The position numbers were made by a program, and so were the translations under genes. DNA of 63,666 bases, filler included, from Cercozoa sp. M6MM (Eukaryota; Protista; Endomyxa: Ascetosporea), in NCBI GenBank assembly GCA_040357565.1. It is 10 parts of 10 records of this genome, joined end to end, with 100 filler letters (N's around TTAATTAATTAA, not from the genome) between each part and the next. Parts side by side here need not be neighbours in the genome. Positions count along the whole stretch, not along the records: positions 1 to 16,348 come from JBDODJ010000289.1; 9 more parts are not named here. One strand, written 5' to 3'. Below the pieces are notes generated by a model, which saw only the letters and a program-made list of their open reading frames with translations, was not told where the DNA came from and did not search any database. Positions 1-14,964 of this stretch are shown piece after piece. The number at the start of each line of letters is the position of its first letter. The stretch's first letter is position 1.

Positions 1-33
1 ATATATATATGGATAGATAGGAAGGCAAGGCAC

Positions 34-903
34 CGGTCTGCAAGGCAAGGATGGCCTGGCAGAACTGCGTCATCGGGTGCTGCAACAAAGGGGTGTAAAC
101 AAAGGGGCAGGAAGAGAGGGGGGGAAGACTACCATGTCCTTGGGCAGCGCATCGATGACCTTGGTCACGTGGCACGGCAGCTTGCTGCACAAGGGGTGAA
201 TGATTCATGAAGGTGAAAGGAGAGTAAGGGAGAGCAGAATCTACCTGCGCGTGTGCAGCTCCTCCGTCAGCTTGGCGACCTCCTACGCAAACAGACATGT
301 TATACCACACTGGCGAGATACCAATGCTGATGCATGGGTCGTACAGCCTCGGTCGGGATCTCGCCCGTCATGAGCAGCCAGAAGATACCCTCCGGCAGCG
401 GCTCCTCGCCACCTGAGCCGAGACACACAGACTAAGTGAGCCGATACAAGAATAGTCGACAAAGGACAAGGTACCCTTGGCCTTGGGCAGCAGCTTCTGG
501 CACTCGGGGATCGTGTAGCCACGGAAGCGAATGCCCTCCTCGGCGTCGAGGTTCGACGTCTCCGTGATGAGACCCTGCAAGGAAGGGGTAAAGGGGTAAA
601 GGGTAAAGAGCGGTATAAGGTGCTTGCAGTCTGATGTACCTGGATGCCGCGCATGCCGCCGAGCGCGTGGTTCACCGTGACCTCATGGAGCACCTTGTCG
701 CCGTACTTGGCCTTGAACTCCTTGGTCTCAGCCTGCCACTGCGGCACCTTCTCCGCGAAGCGGTCGGCCAGCGACACTGTGGCCGAGAAAGAGCGCTGCC
801 CAACAGCACAAAGAAAACGCGTCAGAACGAGTGCAGAAGCAATCCTCAAGTCAGTCAATCCCAATCAGCCAGGTGCCCAAAGTGATCGCACAAAAGCCAA
901 CAT
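34..903 (-). CDS. CS: Mitochondrial citrate synthase, 5' part (continues beyond window start); 7 donors visible
   Basis: Spliced translation MLAF|[13 protein letters not shown]...GGMRGIQ|[34 protein letters not shown]|[20 protein letters not shown]...|HPMTQF matches hallmark eukaryotic citrate synthase motifs; all junctions are GT-AG and in frame. Confidence 0.97.
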
Positions 904-1226
904 TTTTTCCAACATTTTTTCCAGCGAGTACAATGAGTGCACAGTGCGCAGCTGCACTGTGACCCTACACTGCACACAGCTACCCAGATGCAGTCTGAGC
1001 AGCCCAGTGCCTGACCGCGCACAGCTCAGTGACTGCGAAATCGCAAAACAACAACTCACCGTCTGGGCACGCAGCGCACGGACAGAGGCAGCAAGCATCC
1101 TTGTTCACTCTCACAGAGAAATCACAAAGGCACGGCGTCGGGACTGCCGCGCGGTGTCTTGGTTCGGCTCAAATGGCCTCATGGCTTAAGTATTGGTCCA
1201 TTTGTCCGGTCCGTTTAAACCCCGAG

Positions 1227-2421
1227 ATGATCATTGTTTTCTTTCTGATCGCCTTTGGACAACTCCTCAAGTCCCTCTGGGTCAGATCCAGGTCGACTTG
1301 CACGACAGCAGATAGGGTTTTCTCAGCTGCTAGTGTTCAGCAAGGGCAGTGATGCGTCTGCTATTGCCTCTTGCAGCCATTTTTGCCTCGAGCGTGAGCG
1401 CTGCGGTGCGTTGAATTTCCACCTTTGTCGAGTTGCCAGATCGAGTGTTACAGTGCTGTTTCGTTTTGTGGCTTGAGGTAGTTGGAGTGTGCCAACGGAG
1501 CCTTTCGAAACACTTCCTTCGGCGGTGTATGCACTTGTCAAGGTAATGCCTCCTTCGTCCGCTCGATGTAGGACCTAGTACTCTATTTGTTTTGTAGGCC
1601 AGTACTTTGGCGAAACGTGCTCTGAGAAAGTCGATGTTGGTGGCACAGGCGACGTTGCTCTTGGTACCATCGTTGTGTGATGGCGCTGGCGCTTGCGTGT
1701 GAATCTATGTCATACACACAGGCTTTTTGATCGTGCTTTGGATCCTGTTCGTGCCGGTGGTTGCCTTCATCTTCTTCCGACTAGCCAAGGCCGTCGATGA
1801 GGGCGAGCTGGATGTGAGTTTTGTGAGTCAGAAGTCGTGCAGTAATTGTTCCTGGCATCTTCTGTATTTCTTCAGTTGGACTCGGCGTGGGAGTGGTGCA
1901 CCGGTCGCTGCAGAAACGTGTCGCTGCCGACTCGCGGCAACAGCAGTGGCGGTAGCGGTGCTGCGCGCCGCGCATCAGCTGTAACTCGGGTCTTCTGCGT
2001 TTATAACTACGTGATGTCGCGCCGCGAATGTTTACCTTTTTGCCTTGCACAGGTGTCGGTGAACATGGCACGCATGGACCCGGTCAGACACGAGCCTGCA
2101 AATGACACCAGCAATAACGACGGTCTCACTGATGAGCAAAACACCAAGGTGCCTTCTTTATTGTCTGTGTCTGCGTCTGTCTGTGTCTGTGTGTCTGTCT
2201 GTGTCTGTGTCTGTGTCTGTGTCTGTGTCGTGTCTGTGTCTGTGTCTGTGTACCGTGGCTTTGTAGGTGGATAACTTGCTCCAAATCATGGCTGCTGACT
2301 GTAAGATGCGCACTCCAAGATTCTCATTTAGTCATGCAAATATATGTCATTCTGTGCTTTGCAGTTGGCCGCGAACGGGCGATTGGCATCTTGCGTCGAA
2401 ACAACTGGAACTATGAGGTAA
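1227..2421 (+). CDS. Small type I membrane protein with an EGF-like Cys motif (ends approximate)
   Basis: Spliced LECANGAFRNTSFGGVCTCQ|GQYFGETC followed by hydrophobic GFLIVLWILFVPVVAFIFF and a polar tail; GT-AG introns keep frame. Confidence 0.6.
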
Positions 2422-2851
2422 CTTGATTGTGAAACGAAACGAATGGCTGTAGTGCGTTGTTGTTAATCAATCGCAGGAGGCCGTGACGGCCGCTCTGATG
2501 GAGAGCTAGCGCGTCGATTTCGTTCCTCACGGCTCGCCTGCGACCATTCATACGATGAGCGGAGTTGAGATCGATCGGATCGCACGTATCAGTCTCGCAT
2601 ATGCATAAGTAAAATACTAATATCGTATCCTGTTTCGGCTTCAATATTTCGTCTCATGCCGTGCGGTGACCGAGTAATAAGTCGAGTGCACTATCTATAA
2701 CCCGGAAACGGATTTTTCAGTCCAGTTCATCGCATTGGCAGGAATTTTCGTTTTTTGCAGTCCTTCCCGCACGTTTGTGTATCCGAACCCTCGTGTAACG
2801 ATAAGATTACGTCTTGAACACTCACGAAGGCGGCTGAGCATCCAAGCAGCT

Positions 2852-4018
2852 TTACGCTGCGTACTCGTCGAAGCGTGTTGCCCGTGCTGACGCTGCGTAT
2901 TTCTTGCGAAAGACGCTCTGGGGAGAAACCACGCCGAACATCTCGAAAAACTCTGTGGTACTGTTCGTAAGACCCATTTGGATGGCAGCGGCGGCTCGAA
3001 TGCATTTCTCCCGCATCGACTCGCGTGCTTCGCGCGGTTTTGCCTCGTCTGCAGATACAGTGAATGAACAGGTTTGACCTTACAGTAAATTTACAGTACT
3101 GTACGTTACCTTCAGGGAGTTTAAATATGCCCTCTGACAAGTCTACCATCGGTCGACTTGTATAGTTTCTTGCTCGCTTCGTGCATCGTCTTTTGCCAAA
3201 TCAGTGCCTTCAAACGGAGCCAATGACGCTCCCAGCGTTCGGCCGCCTCTCTCTGCAGTCGTCGCTCTGCATGATCCCCATTCTCCCTGTTGGCGCGCAT
3301 CTCCCCTGCCTCATCCACATTCTCGCGCTCAAGCTGCTTCGCGTCATCAGAGTCACTTTCGCGCATCTCCGCCTCCCGATGTAACGTCTTCCTGCGTGGG
3401 GACGGTGGTCTATGGTATGTCCACCGATACATCGTTTTAGCATCAGCACACAGAAATCACACACACCGACGCGACCATGCCGCTGGGTATCTTCTCAGAT
3501 GCTTGCAGTATCTTTGAACATTCCTTTCACTTCGCCTTGCCGAAAAATTGCCACACCTAATTTACAGAAGAGACATTGAGCGGCTGAGAAACTGTACACC
3601 CCGGTCTGCAGTCTCTCCCTCAAATTAAAACACTGTTCATAGCCTTCTGTGAGCGTTTAGCTGCATCAAACAGGGTTGTTTCTTTGACTTCCTCGTGGAC
3701 CGGGTTTGAGGTGCCAATGATCTGTGTCAAGTAACATGAACAACAAACAGGTTCTGTTTCAGCGAGAATTCGTGCGACCAGCGAAACTGCTCGACAAGTC
3801 TCCAGTCCGCTTTCGTGGCACAGTTGACTCCATACCGTGCTGTCCCTGGAAGCAAACCGAATCTGCAATCTGCCGTCATTGCAGGGCGGCATTGTCTGGC
3901 TGGGTGCATACTCATAAGACCAGGGTTCACTGCAACCCGATAAGAGAAAAACAACCAAAAGCCGGCGTCGCATCAGCTGCATACAAAATCGTTTAGCTGT
4001 GCCAAAGGTACTCCGCAT
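2852..4018 (-). CDS. Hypothetical multi-exon protein
   Basis: Coding-like exons (RPPSPRRKTLHREAEMRE...; GQTCSFTVSADEAKPRE...DEYAA*) joined by GT-AG introns; 5' exon structure unresolved. Confidence 0.45.
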
Positions 4019-4847
4019 CGTTGCCGTGACCGCAATATTCCGTTCATACAGTACTCGAGCAGGCGCAATCGGGAACACCAAAGCGTTTCTTTCGGTTGAT
4101 GCACTTTTTTAATCGTACCGTCCTACGCGTCAGGTACGCTACTTCAGGCGTACCTCTAACCTATCGCACGAATGCCGTGTGGTTCACAGATTCGTCAAGG
4201 CACAGCTGCTGTCTTCGCAAGGGTTACACGGGTACGAATATCTCCCCTCGAGGTCGTCGCGTACGACAGCACGGGTGTCGTATGCGCGCACAGATCAGGG
4301 TACCGGACATCATTCGTGCGCTCGTCTTTCTCACTCGAGACCCCCCCCCCCCCTACACTCTCGGCGAAGAGCCCATTCGCACGGCACCGGGAGCATGCCC
4401 ACCCGGGTGCACAGAGATCGCTTGAAAGCAATTCTTTCTGTAATCTCTGAATTTCTCAACAGGGTGTCTGGGCTTACCGTTTTTAGCGGTTGCTCAACTT
4501 TGCTTGCGACCTGGCCGGTGTAGGGTGCTCGCGGGAGCACTTCGTGAAGATGGTCGGCGATGCCGGCGATACGATACTCAGACAGTGGTCGCCGCTAGTC
4601 ACGCTAAAATTGCTACAAACACAGAACGTATAAGAAGGCAGGACCTTAATGGTGTCCAAGGTTTGCTCGCAATTATGTTTCTTTTTAAAGTTAAAAGGGC
4701 AGCAATCAGTAGCGGATCAGTTGCATTCTTCGGGTAAAATGCAAAAATTATTCAACTGCCAATAACTGCGGCAAATCAGGGCAAGGCCGGGTGTGCAATG
4801 TGCTAGTGCGGGATTTGGGACACTCGAGAGTTTGCTGACAGTGTTGA

Positions 4848-7800
4848 ATGTCCTCTGAGCCAGAGAGCCGGAGTTTTGACACTTCAGCGCTCTCGAGCGA
4901 CTTGACGACGCGAAGTTCGCACTACGGTGGATCACGACAGGAAGAGTCAAGCTCTAACGACCGTGACCTCGGAACTGCCGAGCTGCTAGACTCTCTCAAA
5001 GATGTTGCGGTCGAGGAGCAGAACAAGCTGATGCGCCGACTTTTGGAACAGAAAGACACCGAGCTTCAGCAGCTCCGTCTCATCGCGAGTGAAGGCAAAG
5101 CGCAGCAGCGAGCGGCCGTGCTTCTCGCCGAAAACGCTGACCTTCGACGGAGAGTCGAGCAGCTGCGTGGCGCAGAGAAGGCTCGCGATGTGCTCACCGT
5201 CCAAGTCGAGGAGTTGCAGCAGCACTCAGACGAACTTGCGCGGGCACTCGAAAAGCAAGCGGCGGAGCCTCCTGCTTCGGCCCAGGTCGACTCGATTCTT
5301 GAGGAGAAGCAACGGATTGAAGGGGACCTAACTCAGCTCAAGGACGATCTCGCTTTCTCTCGGAAAGAGCTGGAGATCCGCGAAATCAAAGCAGCTGAAG
5401 CGCGTGAAAAGGCGCACCGGCTCGAACAGGAGAACGCTGCGCTGAAAACAGAAGTGCAAACACTCAAGTCAGAGCAGTCGGAAGAACGCGTGGCGAAACT
5501 TAAACTTGCCGTAAATTCACTTCCGCTCTTTCTTTCTTCCTGTACAAACACAGTACAGCTTCTCTCTCTAAACCGCAGCTCTCCTCCATGGATGCTCTGG
5601 TCGAAGAGCACGCTCAGGAGAACAACGACCTGCGAACGCGACTGAACGAGAGCGAGGAAGCACGCAACCGTTTGCAAGAGCGCGTCCAAGTGCTGGAGAG
5701 CGACGTGCAGCAGGCGAGTCGGCGACAGGACCTGCGCGAGGCACTGGAGCGAGTGCAAACCGTCGAAAGTGCACTCGGTGCGGCAGAGGAGCGATGTACT
5801 GCTCTGGAGAAGGCCAAGCAGGAAGCTGACCAGCGCGCACTCGAGTTGAGTCAGACGGTGCACAAGTACGAACGTGACTACGGCATGAAGGAGCTCGCGC
5901 GCGACCACCGGGAGGTCGTGTCGGCACTGCGTCTGAGTCAGCAGGAGAAGGCCGTGCTCGCACACGATCGCGACGTCGCCAATGAGCGCGTTCTCTTCTT
6001 GCTCAAAGCAGTCGCGCACCTGGCCGACGTGAGTTTCCACATCGGTGAGGATGCGAAAGACGCTGACTTTGGCGAGTTGTCGTTCGAGTTTCTGCCTTTC
6101 ACTCTGACCGATGCTCGTGCAGAGGCCGAGCAGAAGCTTCGCGCCTTTGCAGATGAGTTGCGTGCCTCGCGCGTCATTGTGACGCAACTCGAGTCCGAGC
6201 GAGCGGCGCTACTGGAGGAACTCGGCTCGCACGGCACTCTTGTCGACAAGGACGAGCAGCACGCCATCAAGTTCTTTGGTCTGCGCGAGGCCAGTCAGTC
6301 CATCCTGCGCGACATAGCCACGAAACTCGCACTGATCCAGCAACAGAGTGAGGACAAGTCACTCAAGCGACTGCTGCTGCAGCAACTGCACGCTGAGCGC
6401 TTTGGAGTCAAGTCACCCGAAGAGGTACTATAAAAGCTCAACCGAAGCTTCCATTGACTGTGGGATGATGACAACGTGTACTGCTTTTCCGCAGGTCGAG
6501 GAAGACCTGGAGCTCAAAGAAAAACTTGCCGCACAAAAGGCCACCAGCACGTTGCTGCTGGAACAAATTGACGACAAGAACAAGGTAGCAGCGGCTTCTG
6601 AGAAAGCGTTTAACCAAGTCAGTACTGCTTTGGCCTCATAGGAACTGTCGCAACTGCGCGACGATCTCGCGCGGGCGCAGCAAGCGAAGCACTCCGCAAG
6701 CGATGAGATGAAACAGTTTCTGCAGCAAAAGTTCGGCGAAGTTCAGTTGTCGCAGGAGCAGCTTTCGACGATCCTGTCGGTCTTTAAAGCTGGCCACGCA
6801 ACACCTCAGTTCCGTGCTCCGTCTCCTTCCTCCAGATTGGCCACAAAGAGCGAAACTAAAACGAAAAAGCGCGAACTCGAACCGGGCGAGCAAACTCAGG
6901 TGATGTCAAAGTCAAAGTCGCAAGCATTCAACGACTTTGTCGAAACACTCCACATGGAACAGAATGTCGAAGCTGCCAAAAGAGTGACCGAAAACATGTG
7001 CGATGTCGTACGCTCACTCTACGAGAGACTAAGTGCCTCTGAGGTCGAGGAAGGCACCGCCGCTGAAGTTAGCACTCTCCGGGAGAAGTGCAGTTCACTG
7101 GAACTGCAAATCGCCGATGCTTGCAGTGTCGATCGCGATGCCGACACTCAAGCCAAGGCAGCGAATCGCAAACTGAGTCTGCTGCTCGAGCACTACACTG
7201 CCGTAATGCAGGAGCGAGACCAAGCAGTCGACGCTCTGTGGGAGGAGCGACAGAAACTCATCTCGCAGACGGCGCACTCTGTGTCTGAGACCGAGCAGTT
7301 GACGCGCTTGCTCGTGGATGCATCGAGAGACCTGGCGCACTCGGTTCCTCTCAGCGTGGTGCGCCCGGTGCTGCAGCTGAATCGAGTGCTCGTGGAGAAC
7401 TTAACCGAAAAGCAACAGACAGAGCTTAAGGAGTTCCTGCAGCGTCGCAGTGAAAAGGTCGGCGAGAAACCCGAGTCCGATGTGCGCAAGGAACTTGCAG
7501 AACTAAAGACGCGGCAACTGGACCTTCAATTGCAGGCCGAAAAGGGCAGCTTCATCCTCGAAACCCACGCATCATGCGGCAAGAACCTCCAGCGTGCCTT
7601 GCAGGAGACCGAGGCCGCTCGCAAGGTGGCCGAGATTCACCGCACGCAACTCAGGATTGTTGAGAATCAAAACACCGAACTGATCCGTATGCTCGACGAG
7701 GCGCAAGAGCGACTGCGCTTCTTGAGTGTCGAGTCAGTCTCGAGGTCACTGACGCAAGGTGCACCCTCCGACAAGACACTCAGCGATGAGCGCATGCGCA

Positions 7801-10800
7801 CGCGAGTGGCACAGCTGTCACTTGCTCTTCACGAGTCCGAACTGCGTGTCAAGGAAGAAAGTAGCCGATGTCAGGGACTCGAGAAGCAGCTCGGTCGCAA
7901 GCAGCAGGAGGTGCTCGATCTGACCAAGCGAGTGATTGACGCGAGGCACTCACTCGACTTTGAAGGCTTCAATCGCTTCGTAGTTGCAGTCTCGCAGACA
8001 CTTGGCCTGCTCTCCGATGAGAGTGGAGAACTGCCTCGCGACTTGTTCGTGCATCGGCACTTGTTGCAAGAGATGCGACAACTCGAGAACAAGTTGCTGC
8101 AGCTCAAGTCGCAACACCTTCAGTCAGTCCAAATGTCACAATCGAACGTTCCTTTCGACATGATGGAACTCAATCGGGCTCGTCGCACGCAACAAGAACT
8201 CACGATGCGCAACAAACTGCTCGAGAACACGAATGCGAAGCTAGAGGACTTTGTGGAGCGACTCACGGCACGACTGCATGTGGCACAGCATCGAGGTGGC
8301 ATTCAGGCCGACTCAGGCACTGTCGAAAAGGGAAAGCAACCAGAAGCTACATTACCTGTTGTTGCTCGCACGAACACTAGTACCCAGACGGAAGAAACCG
8401 CGTGTTTGCAGTCACCGAAACTGGCCAAGATGGCCGTGCTGGCCGACAAACTGAAGCGCCTCGAGGAACAAATGGCCGTCACTGCAGAGGCACAAACCAA
8501 TGGCGTCGATGCCAGGCGTCTCCAGCTGCTCGAAGAAGAAGCGGCGCAGCACCAGTCCCACATTGTAGAGTACTCGGACAAACTTTCTGCATGCATCGAG
8601 GACGTCAAGCAGCTGCGAAAGGAACTTGCTGACAAGCGCGACACCATCGAAAAGTTACGAATACAGTTGCGACAAGTCTCTACCGGGTATGTACTATCTC
8701 ACGACTTTTGAGCTACCCTAACATCAGTTCTACTTTTGGCATAGTGAACGAGACAGAGACGAGGTCAACATGCTCGATGTACAACTCGAAAGCGAAGAGT
8801 TGCACAAACTGCGACGCGATTTAGCACGTGCCAACGTCGACTTGGAGACTCGACAAGAACTGCTAACCCTCGCTCAGTCGCAATTGCGACACGAGAGGGA
8901 GCGTAGCGAACAATTGTCGCGCAAGGTCTCCATGTTGCAAGAGCTCTCGCAGGTCACACAGCGAGTTCGTGAACCACCTGCCGTTGTGACAGCCGCGGCA
9001 GAGGCACAAGCGGCCGCCGTGCAAGAGGTGCAGCGCTGCGCCGCCACGATTCGTGACCTGCGAGTGTGCCTCGCGCAGAAAGACACACGCATCGCCAGTC
9101 TCCGTGACTCCATCCTGCGCATCAAGCAGGAGTGGCAACGCGACAGTGATATGCAAAGTGCTAAGCTTCATGAGCTCACGCTACGAGCCACCACAGCTGA
9201 CACCTCTCACTCTGCATCAGTTCGCATCAACACAGGCCACCGACGCCAGTCGATGCAGCGTCAAATCGAGCAGCAAAAACACACGATAGCCAAACTGGAG
9301 AGCACACTCGAGAAGGCGCAGGATGAAGAAGCCGCCCTACGCGACCAGCTCAGCGCACAGGAAACGAAACTCGAGCAGACACACTCCGAGCTGCGAACGC
9401 AGAAAAACGCGCTGCGCGACAAGGACCGGCAACTCCTGCGAATTCACGAACGCGAGGTTACGCTGCGACGAGAGCGCGACGACTGCAAGTCGCGACTCCG
9501 CAGAGCTACGGCCAAACTGGCGACGTTGCGGGGACAGAAGAAACTTGAGTCATCCGAGGCGAAAGAAATGGACACCCCAGAGACGCAAGATAAAACTGAC
9601 GATGCTGGTGCCAGACTGGAAGCTGACAAGACGAGCAGCAAGGAGACGAATCTGCAGCAACGACGCGAGAAGGAACGCGAGCGCACACTCGCTTTGAACC
9701 GGCGACTGCAGAAGCGACTCAACTCACTCGAAGCAGAACTCGACTCGACTCGCCAACAGTTAGCCGAGAAACAAGCTCTCTTGTCGAAGCAGAAGGGACG
9801 TGTCGAAGAAGCGACGCGACAAGCGAATGCTGCCACCGAGGAAACGCAACGACTGCGCGATGAGTTGCGTCGGTTCAAGCGCGACTTCAGTTTCGACTGC
9901 AGCGGCGACAATCTGCAGCACAACTACGAAGGTCGACTGCGCGAACTCACCGGTGTCATACTGCAGCAGCGCAGTGAAAACACTCATGCCAGTCGCGAAA
10001 TCGACCAGCTGCGCCGCGTTGTAGGTGTCGAGCACGCGCAGCAGTTGCAGAAATTGCGCGATGAGAACGAGTCGCTGCGACGTGCGCTTGCGCTCGAAGA
10101 CATCTCCGACGAAGCAGTGGCTCAGGCAAAGCAGCACCGCCGCATGTTCGGCAAGCGTATTATGGACGAGTTGACACCGATCGAACGCGAGACAGTCGAG
10201 AAACTCACGCAGCAGGAGGAACTTATCGAAACTCTGGAGGACCGCATGTCGCAACTGCAATGCGATAACATCAAAAAGTGCTTCGAGGCAGGCGAACTCA
10301 CTGCGCGACTCGAACGCACGCAGACTATGCTGCGCGAGTCCGAGACTCTGATTACATCGCTGAAGCAGGCACTGGATCGCAGCTGGGGCGGTCGTATACA
10401 CCTGGCTCAGCTGCGCGAGCGCTACCCCAACGTGGCCGAATTAAAGTGCGACGATGACGTGATCCAGGTACTGACCGGATTGCGCACTGTCATTACCACA
10501 CTCGAAGAGGAGAAAGACGAACTCAGGAAAAAGGCAGCCGAACGCAAGAAGGTGCAGTTTATCCAATACCGTCGCTTTGCACGTGCGTGTGTTTAATACA
10601 ACGGTCCGTGTTGTAACAGTTCGTGATACTCATGAAAGAGCACAAGGAACTGCAGGACAAGTTTGAGAAAAACCAAAGCACTCTCGCCGAGCATCAAGAC
10701 AAACTGCGTGAGGCTACAGACAAAGTCGACAGTTTGCAGAAACGCTGGCGCAACGAGACGCGCAGGCGGAGTGCTGCCAACGACAACGTCCAGGTGTTGC

Positions 10801-11447
10801 AACGTGAACTCACCTTGGCGAAAGGCGAACTTGAGGAGGTACCTTCACCTTTCACCAACATAGCAATCCAGTCAGATAAAAGCAATACATACAGGTGCGT
10901 CGATACCACGAAAGCACGCAACGCGAACTCGAGCAGCGCTTGAGCGACGTGCACCAATCTGCTGTTGATGACTTCCGCACCAAGCTCGCCGAGCGTGATG
11001 ACATGATTCAAAAGCTACACGCGCAACTCAGCGAAGTACGCGACTCACTCGCTCGCAGGGATTCCAGCTCCAAGCACGATCTGCAGCAAACCTTGCAACA
11101 CAAGGATGCACGTATTGAAGAACTGTCCAAAGAGGTCCAGCAGCTCAAGAAACAACTCAGTGCACTCTCTGATGCCAACGATGCGATGCGTGAAGAGGTA
11201 CCCCTGTCCGCCGGTAGATGTTAGGTGTATTAATGCTGTGTTCTGCACGCTGACACAGTTAGCTGCTTTCGATGAGGATTTCTTTGAGGAGATCACGCAG
11301 CTCAAGGAGCGCGAGACGCAGTTCCGTCGCCGCTGTCGCGAGCTCGAAACCTATGCTCTCAGTCTGGAGGAAGTACTCACTGCGCACCACATTGTCATTC
11401 CGCACAGCGTTCCAACGCCGCGACAGTCGTCAGGTGTGGCAAAGTAG
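4848..11447 (+). CDS. CEP290: CEP290-like ciliary transition-zone coiled-coil protein
   Basis: Long coiled-coil ORFs joined by in-frame GT-AG introns; YERDYGMKE resembles the CEP290 YExGxYGL motif and C-terminal EE|LAAFDEDFFEEITQLK matches the LxxFDxxFFEEIxDLK signature. Confidence 0.8.
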
Positions 11448-12236
11448 TCCAGTAGAAATACCACCAGAACTGCAGATTCTTTTTCGTTTCGGTACGAAAC
11501 TGCGATCCGTAAATTTTATATTAAACACTGTGTTAGAGCCGTGGTCTTCAGTGAAACAATGTACAGCGCCGCAGTAAATGAGTAAAACAATGAAGTGATT
11601 GAATACAGTCGGATCTCCGCCATCGCCTCTCTCCGGATCGTGATGCCGTGCAGTGCCTCGCAGCCTCTGGATGTCCTCCTCCTCCGCACCGCCAAGGCCC
11701 GTGGACGCCAGGGTGAAGATCGATTTCTTGCCAACCATGCTCACTTGCTTGTCCAACTGGTGAAGAGTCAGAAAAATACAAGTACTGTACCTTGGTCAGC
11801 GTTCCTAATTGTAGGCAGCAAAGACACATGAGCACCTGGCCGTCGGCCCAGCATCTCGAAAAGTTTTCACCTCGCCAGACCGCGGTCCTGCATCGACCAC
11901 TGATTCGGCGGGAAGACACTTTATTTAAAAAGCGTCTCTTTGTTGCATCACATGACTGTACAGTCGAGTTCGTTCACGCATGCTACTATACTGTTTAACA
12001 TCTAGCGCAGGCAAAACGGAGTGCATACATGCTGTTGCACAGTGCAGGCTTGGCGACTGTCGGCCTTCAGTATTTGTATTATTTCTTAGCAACCAAACAA
12101 CTCGACTCGGAGCTTCAACGGAGCTTCAATCACTGTGTCAGCGCAACAACTAACAGAAATTTGAAACACTGACAGTGCCGTGACGGAATCAATCAAACTG
12201 AGCACGACGCAAGAACGCGCGGAACCAGAGGCAGGC

Positions 12237-12666
12237 TAGAAACGTGGAGCACGGTGAGTCGTGATCATCTCGTGGTTCGTGAAGATGTTGCCGTCAACTT
12301 CGCCCTTCTTCCTCTGCACGACACTGTTTGTTGCAACGCACCGCACAGTGAGAAAAAAAGAGTGTAACTCTACATTGGCATCGAGCTCTTGCTTGGCGAC
12401 TGCCATCAGATCATCGGGCTCCTCCTCTTTTGCGCGTGGTTTGGGCTTCTGTGACCTTCTTCTTTCGGCCGCAAACTCATCCTAAAACACATAAACACAT
12501 GCCTTTCTTTCTGTGCAGAGTGCAGTGGAGCAGATAATTTATTTACCCGGTGCTCAAGATTTCCAGTGGTGGCGTTTCGTTGCCCAACGGTGCTGGATCC
12601 ATTGTTACTGTTGGTGTCTGACTCATGCGAAAAGTCGACTGCCGCGCTGCTGCTGCACGCTCCCAT
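12237..12666 (-). CDS. Small hypothetical protein with predicted N-myristoylation/palmitoylation (MGACSS); 3' end uncertain
   Basis: MGxCxS start; exons MGACSS...EHR|DEFAAERRRSQK...DAN|RKKGEVDG...RF*. Confidence 0.5.
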
Positions 12667-12960
12667 CGTTGAAATGCGCGTCTCTACAAAGGAAAACGAC
12701 CCCGATTAAACGACCCAATGATTTGTGGGAAACGTCAAACTGGCTGATCGTACCTCTGACTGGTCTGCTTAGAACGCGCTATGAGTATATGCACCTCTAA
12801 CTACACACAACACACCGGAATGTGCATCTGCTCGGAAGCCTGTGAAAGAAGCTGCTGTTCAGTGGAGAATGAGCGCTGTGTCAGAAAAAGAAAATCCAGC
12901 GCTCCTTAAAGCTCTTGTTCGGCTAGTCTAGAAGTGTAGAGTGTGTGTAGAAACGTTCTG

Positions 12961-14272
<1,312 letters not shown>

Positions 14273-14499
14273 GGCGCATCATGGAGCTGAGGATGAATCG
14301 CCGTCGCACTATTCTGCTCAGTTTTAAAAATACTCGACCTGCACCGCACATCCCATGCGCAGCGCCTGTGGCTATAGTGAAGTTAATTTAATAAACGAAA
14401 CGACGAGGTGAGGTTCAGTTTGATCTGCCTCGCGTCAGGGTCGCGATCGGGTGAACGATAATCATGCCAAATGCGCGCGTCTGTTAACGTTGTGGTTAT

Positions 14500-14917
14500 C
14501 TATCTTCGCCGGCGGCGGCCTCGGAGTGTCTAAGTACAGCATACCCGCCATCGAAAAACATACACAGGCACAAACACGACGTGGAGAAGGCCTAGGGTAC
14601 TCTCTGTCGCCGCAGCTTCTGCTTGCGTCGCTTGGACCTCGAGGACCGGTTTTGACCAGCCTGTGCAGCACGCAATACAAGGTTGCGGACACTAGGCAAA
14701 GGTATAAGGGAGTGCGACCTTGCTGGAGGTGGTAGAAGACACGGTGGATACGTCGGACACGGTGGAGACAGCGTCGTCGTTGTCGTTCTGACTCTTGTTG
14801 TCGTTGTTGTCATCGTTGTCATTGCTGTCGTCGCCGCCATTGTCATCGTTGTCATTGCTGTCAGTGTCGTTGTTGTGACCGGCCTGCTCTGGCCCAACTG
14901 ACTGTTGTTGTTGTTGG

Positions 14918-14964
<47 letters not shown>

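Noticed and set aside
3600-3625. In-frame TGA suggesting readthrough or a variant genetic code
   Set aside because: Alternative GT-AG splicing can bypass it; conserved genes use TGG for Trp and end in TGA, TAA or TAG
11430-11950. Separate minus-strand gene downstream of CEP290
   Set aside because: It looks coding-like, but no consistent exon chain or motif could be established
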